DNA of 11,541 bases from assembly GCA_019057375.1 (NCBI GenBank), contig DXJF01000051.1, positions 1 to 11,541 on the forward strand, written 5' to 3'. This DNA is from Candidatus Heimdallarchaeota archaeon (lineage in GTDB: Archaea; Asgardarchaeota; Heimdallarchaeia; Heimdallarchaeales; Heimdallarchaeaceae). A program made the translations under genes and the position numbers. This document shows positions 1 through 7,893 of this stretch, piece after piece. Within the stretch, counting starts at the first letter, position 1. Every line of letters starts with the position of its first letter. The notes under the pieces were generated by a model. The model ran no database searches. It was not told the origin of the DNA and was given only the letters and a program-made list of their open reading frames with translations.

Positions 1-484
1 ATCCTAATATGTCTCATACATGTTGTATTTCTGATATTCTGTTATTCTGTTGAATCTTGCATATACTGGAGATTGCTGTATGTTTACATTAGTCAAATAA
101 AAAAATAACTATCTCCTGAGAGTTAATTGCCTTTAGAGAGCCTGAAGTCAAGAAGAACTTAATCTGTCTAATTAAGGGACTCACAGATATCTTCTAAGGA
201 TTCTATATGATCCTCTTAATATAAAACATCAAATAAAAATTTGTCGAGCCTTAGGTTTGAAGTATACTCTGGCTTTAGAAAGGCTGAAACAATATAGAAC
301 TGCAGAACAGTGACTTTTCAATACTTCTTCTACTTCTTGCAGAAACTACTCAGAAAGCGAGAAGGAGACTTATTGTATGGTCACCTTTTAATAATATCCA
401 CCTTTTTAATTAGTCTCCCTTCTTGAAAGAAGACCTTAAAGCAAACTTGAAAGAATCCCTTGAAAAGTTTTCATGTTTTGTGAT

Positions 485-1348
485 CTATTCTTTTCCCATA
501 CTCTTAGTGAATTCAATGGAAGGATGTTTAGTATTTGGGTGTACATAATCATTCCAATATAACTCATCACACATATCATCATGGTGTAATGTACGGGTTC
601 TTCTCATTTTCACGATATGACCTTCATTACTGCTAGGAGAATCCCTAGGATAACAAGAACTGAGATACGCGATATCAGGGTCATTGAAAACCTTGAGAAC
701 TTCTGGAACTATGCATTTATCAAACCTATAGATTTCTTTGAAATCATCATACCTCCCAAGTGTAAAATTGGCTACACCATACTTAGCATAGCGTTTAAGA
801 ACAAACTCTCTTGATTCAGTGCGAGTTAAACTCAAAGGATCTTCAGGTTGATCACTAGTATCTTGTTCTTTCGTTTCCTTGATTAAGTATTCAACAATTT
901 CCTTGTAAAATTTAGTTCCCTCTTCTTTCCCTAATAAATCTTCAAAAGCTTTAACTCTATAATAAGATAGATGCCCCTCAGCTTTTCGAACATTGAAATA
1001 AATTAGTTCGATTTCTTCTTCAATAGAGTCTAGATCTTCAGGAAGTTCTAGTAATTTGCATAACAGAAGAATTATAACTTCCTCTAGTTCAGGATATTCA
1101 ACTAATAGTCTTAAATCTTGTTCAATTACTTCTAAATCAAATTTCTCAAGATTATATCTAAATTCACCTAAGTTACTTACTATTCTATTCTGAAAAGATA
1201 AAAGATATTCATCTAATCGATCTGGATGGAGTTTTTTGAAATATTTGATTACAGATTCTATCCTTCCAAAATTAGTTTTAATATATTTAGTAATGTTAAT
1301 GTTAATTTTTGCTGTTTCATTGTAAAAAGAATATGTTTCAATTTTCAT
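485..1348 (-). CDS. Protein with a C-terminal L-2-amino-thiazoline-4-carboxylic acid (ATC) hydrolase-like domain and an unassigned helical N-terminal region
   Basis: C-terminal pattern FDKCIVPE...YLSSCYPRD...RRTRTLHHDDMCDELYW matches the family's C...C...RTxTL...CD signature. The ORF track starts at GTG 1357. ATG at 1348 is preferred because GAAGTGA (SD-like) lies just upstream. Confidence 0.7.
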   Translation of the reverse strand: MKIETYSFYNETAKININITKYIKTNFGRIESVIKYFKKLHPDRLDEYLLSFQNRIVSNLGEFRYNLEKFDLEVIEQDLRLLVEYPELEEVIILLLCKLLELPEDLDSIEEEIELIYFNVRKAEGHLSYYRVKAFEDLLGKEEGTKFYKEIVEYLIKETKEQDTSDQPEDPLSLTRTESREFVLKRYAKYGVANFTLGRYDDFKEIYRFDKCIVPEVLKVFNDPDIAYLSSCYPRDSPSSNEGHIVKMRRTRTLHHDDMCDELYWNDYVHPNTKHPSIEFTKSMGKE

Positions 1349-1494
1349 TTTAATCACTTCTTACTTATTTATTCTTCTGCTTGATTCTAGTTTCACAATT
1401 TTATTGGAAACTCTAGCAGTTTGGTATGATGCTTACTATTGTTGAACTTCCTTAAGTTCAAATTTCATTAAACATTCCACCACTCCCAAGAAAT

Positions 1495-1609
1495 ATTCTT
1501 ATTCTTTCATAAGAATTAATACTCTTCTTTCTTGGATGAGAAATCAAATCAGAGGCACTTATTAAGGTTTTCCTCCTGATGAGAACACATTCTTATGATA
1601 TAAGAATGT
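1495..1609. promoter_or_regulatory. Two related palindromes (ATTCTTAT-N6-ATAAGAAT and ACATTCTTAT-N3-ATAAGAATGT) in a divergent intergenic region; candidate operators
   Basis: Perfect inverted repeats read directly at 1495-1502/1509-1516 and 1587-1596/1600-1609, between divergently transcribed genes. Confidence 0.45.
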
Positions 1610-1709
1610 TGAAAATGAGGGGTATTCAAAGTGAATATGAAACTTTATTAATATTTATACAAGCCAAACATTGTTTCCTATGAAATAAAAACAACGATTT
1701 CTTCTTGGT

Positions 1710-2456
1710 TTGACTATTTGGACTTTTATAATAGGAAGTATAATTGGGGTTGTATTTCTATTTGTATTGTTAAATGATTTTTCAGGTTTAGAATGGTTTG
1801 GTAGTCCAACATTTGGAATGGTAGTTCTCATAGTGTTGATGACTAGTTTCTATTTTATCTTCAGAAAAAGGAATATTCAACCAACTGTAATTGTTATAAT
1901 TTGGTTTTTCTTCTTGTTTGTAGCTATAACTATCAGCATGCTCGCATTTGCTTATACTAATTTAGGACAATGGGAAGATTTTCAGTCTATGCCATTATTA
2001 GGCACTTTTCTTCTAGTTCTATGGGCAATAGGAGTACACTTTTCTCTAAAGGACAGACAACGAAAACCTCTGTACATACTAACTCTATGGGCAGCAGTTC
2101 TATTTCTTACAATAGCTTTTACTATGATCGCATTAGGATTTGGTCTATTTGGTAGCTGGGATGAATGGCAATATTATCCAATTATTGGATTTGGAATCTG
2201 GGCTCTTCTTTCAGTAATTGCTTATCTAGTATTGAGAACACCAACAATTTCATGGATTGATTCATTGTTTTATTGGTCATGGTCTATGTTTATTGGTATC
2301 ACAACAAGCATGCTGAGTGTCCTCATTGTGTTACTAGATCATAGTGATTTATGGCCTATTTATCCTATAGCTGGAACATTAGGATTTGCAGCTTTATTTA
2401 CCACTTTGAAATTTACTTTGAAAAAATCAAATGTGAATGAAAAACTGAAGGAGTAA
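1710..2456 (+). CDS. Polytopic membrane protein (~8 TM) built from four ~60-aa hairpin repeats
   Basis: Eight hydrophobic stretches. A W-x(3-6)-P-x-x-G loop recurs (EWFGSPTFG, QWEDFQSMPLLG, EWQYYPIIG, LWPIYPIAG), with basic linkers between units. TTG start. Confidence 0.85.
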   Translation: MTIWTFIIGSIIGVVFLFVLLNDFSGLEWFGSPTFGMVVLIVLMTSFYFIFRKRNIQPTVIVIIWFFFLFVAITISMLAFAYTNLGQWEDFQSMPLLGTFLLVLWAIGVHFSLKDRQRKPLYILTLWAAVLFLTIAFTMIALGFGLFGSWDEWQYYPIIGFGIWALLSVIAYLVLRTPTISWIDSLFYWSWSMFIGITTSMLSVLIVLLDHSDLWPIYPIAGTLGFAALFTTLKFTLKKSNVNEKLKE

Positions 2457-2537
2457 AATGAGGACTCTATTCCGAAATTATGATTTTACTCTTGCATAAA
2501 TTAAACTTCTGTATAAAGCTCATATATCATTCAGACC

Positions 2538-2744
2538 TTAATTAGTTCCTAACTCCAAATCTGCTTTTTTCTTGGAACGAAATGGTCTATGTGACATAAT
2601 ATCTGCAAAAACTAGCTTTAGAACCTGTATCAAAAATCGAAATTTAGGTGCTAGGGTTTTTAGGTATGGTTTACCTTTTGCATTTTCTTTTAATTCCCTA
2701 ATCATTTCTTTGAGTAACTTTCTATCCAATAATTTCACTACCAA
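2538..2744 (-). CDS. Small basic hypothetical protein (68 aa)
   Basis: Fills the gap between the membrane protein and the hydrolase. Reads as amphipathic helices (LLKEMIRELKE, FLIQVLKLVF). A TATATATAA-like element lies upstream on the minus strand. Start codon uncertain (TTG 2744 or GTG 2738). Confidence 0.5.
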   Translation of the reverse strand: MVVKLLDRKLLKEMIRELKENAKGKPYLKTLAPKFRFLIQVLKLVFADIMSHRPFRSKKKADLELGTN

Positions 2745-2850
2745 TATAATTTTGATATAATAAAGAAAGGTATTTCGGATTATATATACATATCAAAATA
2801 AAAACACCCACTTTGTTTGTGAATTCTGTTTTGTTAGTATTTTTATTGTA

Positions 2851-3758
2851 CTAATGAATTACCTGTGAGAGAATTTCTTCAAATTTTCTCACAAACATAA
2901 AATGTCCCTCTGCCTTATATTCGGTATATAAAGCATTTTGAAGATGTTCCGCCTTATATTCTGCAAATTTCAAAGGAACAGTTATATCTTCAGATCCATG
3001 GAAGAGATGTATCTTGAAATCTATATCTTGTAGATTGAATCCCCAATCCAAGTATCTTATTCTTGTATCCCAAGATGGGCCATCTGCCCCATTCTTGAAA
3101 GCTTCATTCATATCCACTCTAAGAAAATTTGCCATTTCTTCATTTTGTGAAATTTTTGCATCTGGTCCGCTGTATGCAGATTGTAATAATTTAGAAAACT
3201 TTTGAGGAGATTTTGTTCTTGCAACCCGACCCATATAAGAAAAAGATAATTTGAACAATCGTGGAGTTATTTTCGCCATTCTCCAGAATAATCTGTCTAA
3301 AGGAACCATGACTTTTGATAGTCCTGTCTTATGAATTGGTGCATATCCACTTATATCAACAGCAAACAATAACCTATTGCTATATTCGTAGGCTAGAGAT
3401 AATACTGTAGTTCCCCCTCCGGATACTCCCATAGCTCCAAATTTTGATACGTTTAATTGATCTACTATTTCTAAAATATCATTATTGTAATCAAGTAACG
3501 AATACTTGGGTTTGAAATCTGAATCACCAAATCCTGGACGATCAGGTGCTATTATTCTTAAATTGTGACTAATTGCGGATTTTTCAGCAAACAATGCTTC
3601 ATATCTTGAACCTGGAGAACTATGAAAAAAGAGTATAGGGATACCTTTAGGATCACCTATATCAAGGTAGGAAACTCAAGGTAGGAAACTTTCCTTCCAT
3701 CACTGAGAGTAAGTAATTTGGTTTCAAGTTCATTCACTCTCTTCAATATATTTTCCAT
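2851..3758 (-). pseudogene. Alpha/beta-fold hydrolase, frameshifted by a 14-bp tandem duplication (297 aa if one copy is removed)
   Basis: Motifs: PDRPGFG, nucleophile elbow GVSGGG, HGSEDITVP, EGHF. The N-terminus MENILKRVNELETKLLTLSDGRKVSYL starts at ATG 3758 and stops at TAG 3657-3659. Removing one repeat copy restores ...KVSYLDIGDPKGIPILFFHSSPGSRYEALFAEK, in frame with the 2851..3594 ORF. Confidence 0.85.
3662..3689 (+). repeat. Perfect 14-bp tandem duplication (TCAAGGTAGGAAAC x2)
   Basis: Read directly at 3662-3675 and 3676-3689. Confidence 0.97.
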
Positions 3759-4134
3759 TACTTCTTCATGAAAAACTCATTTCTTAAGGCTTTTGAAGAA
3801 AACTAAGAAATTATGAATAAAATCCTGACACACCAGAACTTTTGGATTCTAGAGGATAAAGATGTAATAGTTACAATAGCAGAGAATTCTACTAACACAA
3901 AAAAAACTAGTCTGAGTATTCTTTTGGGGTATTTGTATTGTTCATAGTTCAATCAATTGACATGAAAAAAAGAAGACGATTAGTTAGTAATTAGTGAGAA
4001 TTAATAGAAATGGCCCAGTAAAAACTCCAATAAATTTAAAATTTACATAAGCTGTATGACATATTGTAGGAAAATTGGAATACTAATGCTTCTAACTTTG
4101 TTATTAGAATAACATTGGGTTATGGTGATCTAAT

Positions 4135-5934
4135 TTGACTGAAACAGTGCTTAAAGAATTACTTCACGTAGAACAATTAATTGATGAAGAAGATAACAAG
4201 AAAGCATTAGAACTTTTAGAAAAGATTTCTAAACGAGAGGGGTTGTCAATTGAAGATAAACTTGCTTGTACTTTACTTGAATCTCGAATAAATCTTAAAC
4301 TAGTTGAAAGAGAAAAAGCACTTAAAAAAGTTGAGAAAATTTGGCCAACAATTCGTAAACTAGAAAATCCATTACTTATTTTGGATTATTTGATAATTAA
4401 ATCAAATGCTTCTTGGACTATGGGTGAATTTGATAAGGGTATCAAAGCAGTTGAAGAACACTTGGATTTAATTGCAGAATTGCAACTAAAAATACCTAAA
4501 AATAAAGAAAAACGTTTCAAGATAAGAAAAAGTGAATTTCTGCGACATGGAGGTATCTTATATTGGTATAAGGGTGATCTTGACACCTCTCTAGAATTTC
4601 ATAAACAAAGTTTAGTTAATGGAGAAGAGGTAAACAATAAGATTTCCATTGCAGATTCTTATAATAATATAGGTCTTGTTTATTGGTCAAAAGGTGATTT
4701 CGATAGATCAATTGAGTATTACAATCGTGCATTGAGTATCTTTGATGATTTAGGGATTAAGCAAAAAGTTGCTCGTATTTTGACTAATTTAGGTATTGCA
4801 TATTCACAGAAAGGGGATCTTGACAAAGCATTAGAATATCAGCAACGAAGTTTGGAAATTAAAAGGAAATTAAGTATCAAAAGAGATATTGCTATCTCAG
4901 TTATTAATGTAGGTGTAGTATTTCAATTGAAAGGTGAACTCGATCATGCATTAGATTATTATCAAAAAGGACTTCAACTAACTGAAGAGATAGATTCCAA
5001 GCCTTATATCGCTCTCGCACTAAATAACATAGGTAATATATTTGATTTGAAGGGTGATCCTAATTCAGCTATAGAGTATTTTGAAAGAAGCTTGAAGCTT
5101 TACAAAGAGCTTGGTATTAAAGAAAAAATTGCCTTATTACTTGTAAATATTGGTTCTTATTGTAGTCAAAAAGGCAATTTTAAGGAAGCATTTGATAATT
5201 TTAATCAAAGTTTAGTAATTTATGAAGAAATAGGGAATAATTTGGGTTCTTCAGTAGTTCTTCTTGAACTTGTACAAGAAGCACTGGAACAAAATGAACA
5301 GGAATTAATTGAAGAGTATTTGAATAAATTTCAACAAATCAATAAATCTGCGAATATTCGTTCAATTGATCAACGTTTCCGTTTAGCAAAAGCGCTTTCA
5401 TTTAAGGTTAGTGATCAAGCTCGCATCAAAACAAAAGCGATAGTCTTATTTGAACAAATCATTGAAGAAGAAATCGTAGATCATTCACTAACTGTTAAAG
5501 CAATGGTTCACCTAAGTGATTTGTTGATAAGAGAACTAAAACAAACAGCAGAAATTGAGTTGTTAAAAGAGATTAAGGAATTAGTACAAAAACTTCAGAA
5601 AATTGCTGAAGAACAATCATCCAATTCGATTCTTGCAGAAATATACAGATTGGAAGCATTACTAGCTTTAGCAGAACTTGATTTGAAGGAAACTAAGCAG
5701 TTATTACAGAAAAGTCTTGTTCTTGCTGAGGAAAAAGGTCTTGAGAGCATTGCATCAAATATACGTGAAGAACAGAACAGATTAACAGAGCAAATTACAC
5801 TATGGGAGGAACTTCAAAACCGAAAAGCTCCTTTACAAGAAACTTTACAATACGTAAGAATAGAGGAATCTATTAAAAAGTTGCAACATGAAGAAACAGT
5901 CACATCCAGAAAATTATTTTCATTAAAGATCTAG
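4135..5934 (+). CDS. Tetratricopeptide repeat protein (about six ~40-aa MalT-like TPRs) with helical N- and C-terminal regions
   Basis: Repeats such as SYNNIGLVYWSKGDFDRSIEYYNRALSI and ALNNIGNIFDLKGDPNSAIEYFERSLKL recur with a 40-aa period. SD GGTGAT at 4124-4129 precedes TTG 4135. Confidence 0.92.
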   Translation: MTETVLKELLHVEQLIDEEDNKKALELLEKISKREGLSIEDKLACTLLESRINLKLVEREKALKKVEKIWPTIRKLENPLLILDYLIIKSNASWTMGEFDKGIKAVEEHLDLIAELQLKIPKNKEKRFKIRKSEFLRHGGILYWYKGDLDTSLEFHKQSLVNGEEVNNKISIADSYNNIGLVYWSKGDFDRSIEYYNRALSIFDDLGIKQKVARILTNLGIAYSQKGDLDKALEYQQRSLEIKRKLSIKRDIAISVINVGVVFQLKGELDHALDYYQKGLQLTEEIDSKPYIALALNNIGNIFDLKGDPNSAIEYFERSLKLYKELGIKEKIALLLVNIGSYCSQKGNFKEAFDNFNQSLVIYEEIGNNLGSSVVLLELVQEALEQNEQELIEEYLNKFQQINKSANIRSIDQRFRLAKALSFKVSDQARIKTKAIVLFEQIIEEEIVDHSLTVKAMVHLSDLLIRELKQTAEIELLKEIKELVQKLQKIAEEQSSNSILAEIYRLEALLALAELDLKETKQLLQKSLVLAEEKGLESIASNIREEQNRLTEQITLWEELQNRKAPLQETLQYVRIEESIKKLQHEETVTSRKLFSLKI

Positions 5935-6086
5935 AGATCCTCATCTGAAAAGTCCTAATATTTTTTTAATGCAAAAATGACATTTAGAATCCATGAAGAC
6001 AAAGCAGAAAATAGTAGAATAAAAAACATAAATTTCTCGAAATTTAATTAAATATTTTTATAAATCAGTATTCCCACTAGAATAAG

Positions 6087-6470
6087 ATGAAATTCTTCTG
6101 TAAAAAATGTGAAAACAGATTCGATGGTGAATATAAAGATCTTTTTGAACAGTTAAAATGTCCAAATTGTAAAAAAGAGGATAATGTACTAAATTTCATC
6201 ATTCAAGGTGTGCATCCTCCTGAAGCTGGTTTAGGCATATCTTATTGGGAATTTGAAGATGTCTTGGAAGAGGGTAAAGTAAATTATCTTAGAGAGTTCT
6301 TTGAAGAAGAATTCAATCTTCACTATTCTAGAAATGGTGATGAATTCATATTAGTGGAGAAATCTGGTCAGAAGGTTGATTTAAAGAACATTTTTGAAAA
6401 AACTCAGAATGATGGTAAACTTCAAAGGATGGTTTACAACATTTACTATGTCTTATTACATGGGTACTAG
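6087..6470 (+). CDS. Zinc-ribbon protein (N-terminal CxxC-x16-CxxC) with an acidic C-terminal domain of unknown function
   Basis: MKFFCKKCENRF...LKCPNCKK. ATG start; same strand as the gelsolin gene and 68 bp upstream of it. Confidence 0.8.
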   Translation: MKFFCKKCENRFDGEYKDLFEQLKCPNCKKEDNVLNFIIQGVHPPEAGLGISYWEFEDVLEEGKVNYLREFFEEEFNLHYSRNGDEFILVEKSGQKVDLKNIFEKTQNDGKLQRMVYNIYYVLLHGY

Positions 6471-6499
6471 AAAACAAACAATTTGAGCAATAACTATCT

Positions 6500-6538
6500 A
6501 GGAGAAAGGTTTTAACGATAGAGTGGGAAAACCTTTTC
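6500..6538 (+). promoter_or_regulatory. AGGAG followed by a 9-bp hairpin that abuts the gelsolin start codon
   Basis: AGGAG at 6500-6504; AAAGGTTTT (6505-6513) pairs with AAAACCTTT (6528-6536); ATG at 6539. Confidence 0.45.
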
Positions 6539-7222
6539 ATGAATGTATTTCATATTGTAGGAAATGAACTGATACCAATCAAGGAACCTTATCAGTTCAT
6601 TTCTGGTGATGTTTATGTCATTGAAACAGAAATTAATCTCTGGATATGGTTAGGTTCCAAATCCTTTGCTGATGAGAAATTCATAGGCTCTTGGGGAGCA
6701 AAGAAGATTGAAGACAAAAATAAGGAACTGAAAATTGAAACTATCAATCAAGGTTTAGAACCTGCAGTGTTTAAGGAGCAGATTGATTTTGAAGTGGTTG
6801 AAGGAGATACCTTAGGTTTTCTGAAATCAATTGATACAAAGTATGAGAAAGATTTCAAATTACTTCAAATTAAGGAGAATGATGAAGGAGAGATAATAGT
6901 TTCAGAACTACCTGTTGAACACAAACACTTTCAATCCGATGATGCTTTTGTTTTAGATGCTTTTAACATTCTTTATGTTTGGATTGGTAAAGATAGTCAA
7001 GTTAAAGAAAAATATGAAGCCGGTAGAATTACTAGACAGCTAGAAGTAGAAAGAAAAAGATCTCCAATCATTTATGTGATTGAAGAAGAAAATGAACCTG
7101 ATGGTTTTCGTGAGCTTATCTTTAAATTGGGATTAAGGGACGGAATTCTGGAATTAAGGAAGACAGTTAAAAAAGCGGAAGGATTTACATCCAAAAAATG
7201 GTGGCAATTCTGGAAAAGGTGA
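6539..7222 (+). CDS. Two-domain gelsolin/villin-family actin regulator (Asgard 2DGel type) with a C-terminal extension
   Basis: Two gelsolin cores (GDVYVIETEINLWIWLGSKS..DEK; DDAFVLDAFNILYVWIGKDSQVKEK), each followed by a QG/EE-x-EP-x-x-F motif. The linker EGDTLGFLKSI resembles the gelsolin G1-G2 linker GGVASGFKHV. Confidence 0.9.
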   Translation: MNVFHIVGNELIPIKEPYQFISGDVYVIETEINLWIWLGSKSFADEKFIGSWGAKKIEDKNKELKIETINQGLEPAVFKEQIDFEVVEGDTLGFLKSIDTKYEKDFKLLQIKENDEGEIIVSELPVEHKHFQSDDAFVLDAFNILYVWIGKDSQVKEKYEAGRITRQLEVERKRSPIIYVIEEENEPDGFRELIFKLGLRDGILELRKTVKKAEGFTSKKWWQFWKR

Positions 7223-7373
7223 TTTATCCTCCCCGTTTCATCATTTGTTTCCTAAAAATAAGAAATAAACAAATATACTACCAAAAAACTAAATTCCGCG
7301 AAAATTCTCTATTATTTTATGTTTTATTTGATATCTGAGTTATTTCAGCAAATTCTTTAGGCGGATAGGATAA

Positions 7374-7381
7374 TTTATAAA
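7374..7381 (+). promoter_or_regulatory. Candidate archaeal TATA box for the cold-shock gene
   Basis: TTTATAAA preceded by purine-rich GGATAGGA (BRE-like), about 140 bp upstream of the csp start. Confidence 0.35.
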
Positions 7382-7518
7382 GCCCCCTTCGAAATTCATA
7401 TTGCAAGTTAAAAAGTAGTGAATTTAGATTGTTTTGTTTCGTTAAAGGAGTAAGAATTTTCTGAGAACTAGTTTTTAATTAAGATTGAACTTGAAAAAGT
7501 TCCAATTTGAGCAAAAAT

Positions 7519-7731
7519 ATGGAGGAATCCAACTTGAAAGGCGTAATTAAAAGAATAATGTATGACCGAAATTATGGGTTCGTCAATGTCGAAGGAGAAG
7601 AAAAAGAAGTCTTTTTCCATCGTTCTGGAGTTAAAGAAGACTTTAACGACCTGAAAGAAGGAGACGAAGTAGAATTCGATGTTGAAGAAACTGATAGAGG
7701 TTCTCAAGCAACAAATCTGGTTAAAGCTTAA
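7519..7731 (+). CDS. cspA: Cold-shock domain protein (CspA family)
   Basis: RNP1 (RNYGFV), RNP2 (VFFH) and C-terminal EGDEVEFDVEETDRGSQATNL. ATG 7519 is preferred over TTG 7507. The symbol is at family level only. Confidence 0.93.
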   Translation: MEESNLKGVIKRIMYDRNYGFVNVEGEEKEVFFHRSGVKEDFNDLKEGDEVEFDVEETDRGSQATNLVKA

Positions 7732-7740
7732 TCAGATTTG

Positions 7741-7831
7741 AGGAAATTTCAGAAGAGTTTCCTAGTATAAACCGAATCTTCTTACTGAAACAATTAAATT
7801 TGTTTCACTATTCCTTTTTCTAATTTTTTGT
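7741..7831 (+). terminator. Two hairpins plus T-rich tracts between the convergent csp and E1 genes
   Basis: AGGAAA 7741-7746 pairs with TTTCCT 7758-7763 (extendable by G-U pairs). TGAAACAA 7786-7793 pairs with TTGTTTCA 7800-7807. These are followed by CCTTTTTCTAATTTTTTG. Confidence 0.55.
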
Positions 7832-7893
7832 ACAAGCTTTAGAGGACAACATAAAAAAAAGCAAGATACAGTTGAAGAAGATTGAATTGCTAG

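Noticed and set aside
100-480. Protein-like fragments in different + frames (ELIAFREPEVKKNLICLIKG; LRILYDPLNIKHQIKICRALGLKYTLALERLKQYRT), possibly a decayed gene
   Set aside because: Short, interrupted by stops, with no start or recognisable family. Only a tblastn search could support it.
2851-3594. Treating the 247-aa ORF as a complete hydrolase starting at TTG 3594
   Set aside because: It lacks the N-terminal strands and the oxyanion H-[G/S] motif, which are encoded upstream across the 14-bp duplication.
617-4586. Short ORFs 617..814, 1970..2155, 2572..2760, 3014..3205 and 4386..4586
   Set aside because: Antisense or alternate-frame shadows of better-supported genes, with no motifs.
4135-5934. 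TPR protein as a STAND/NLR-like or CHAT defence protein
   Set aside because: No Walker A/B, HTH, caspase-like or nuclease domain is visible; it looks like a stand-alone TPR protein.
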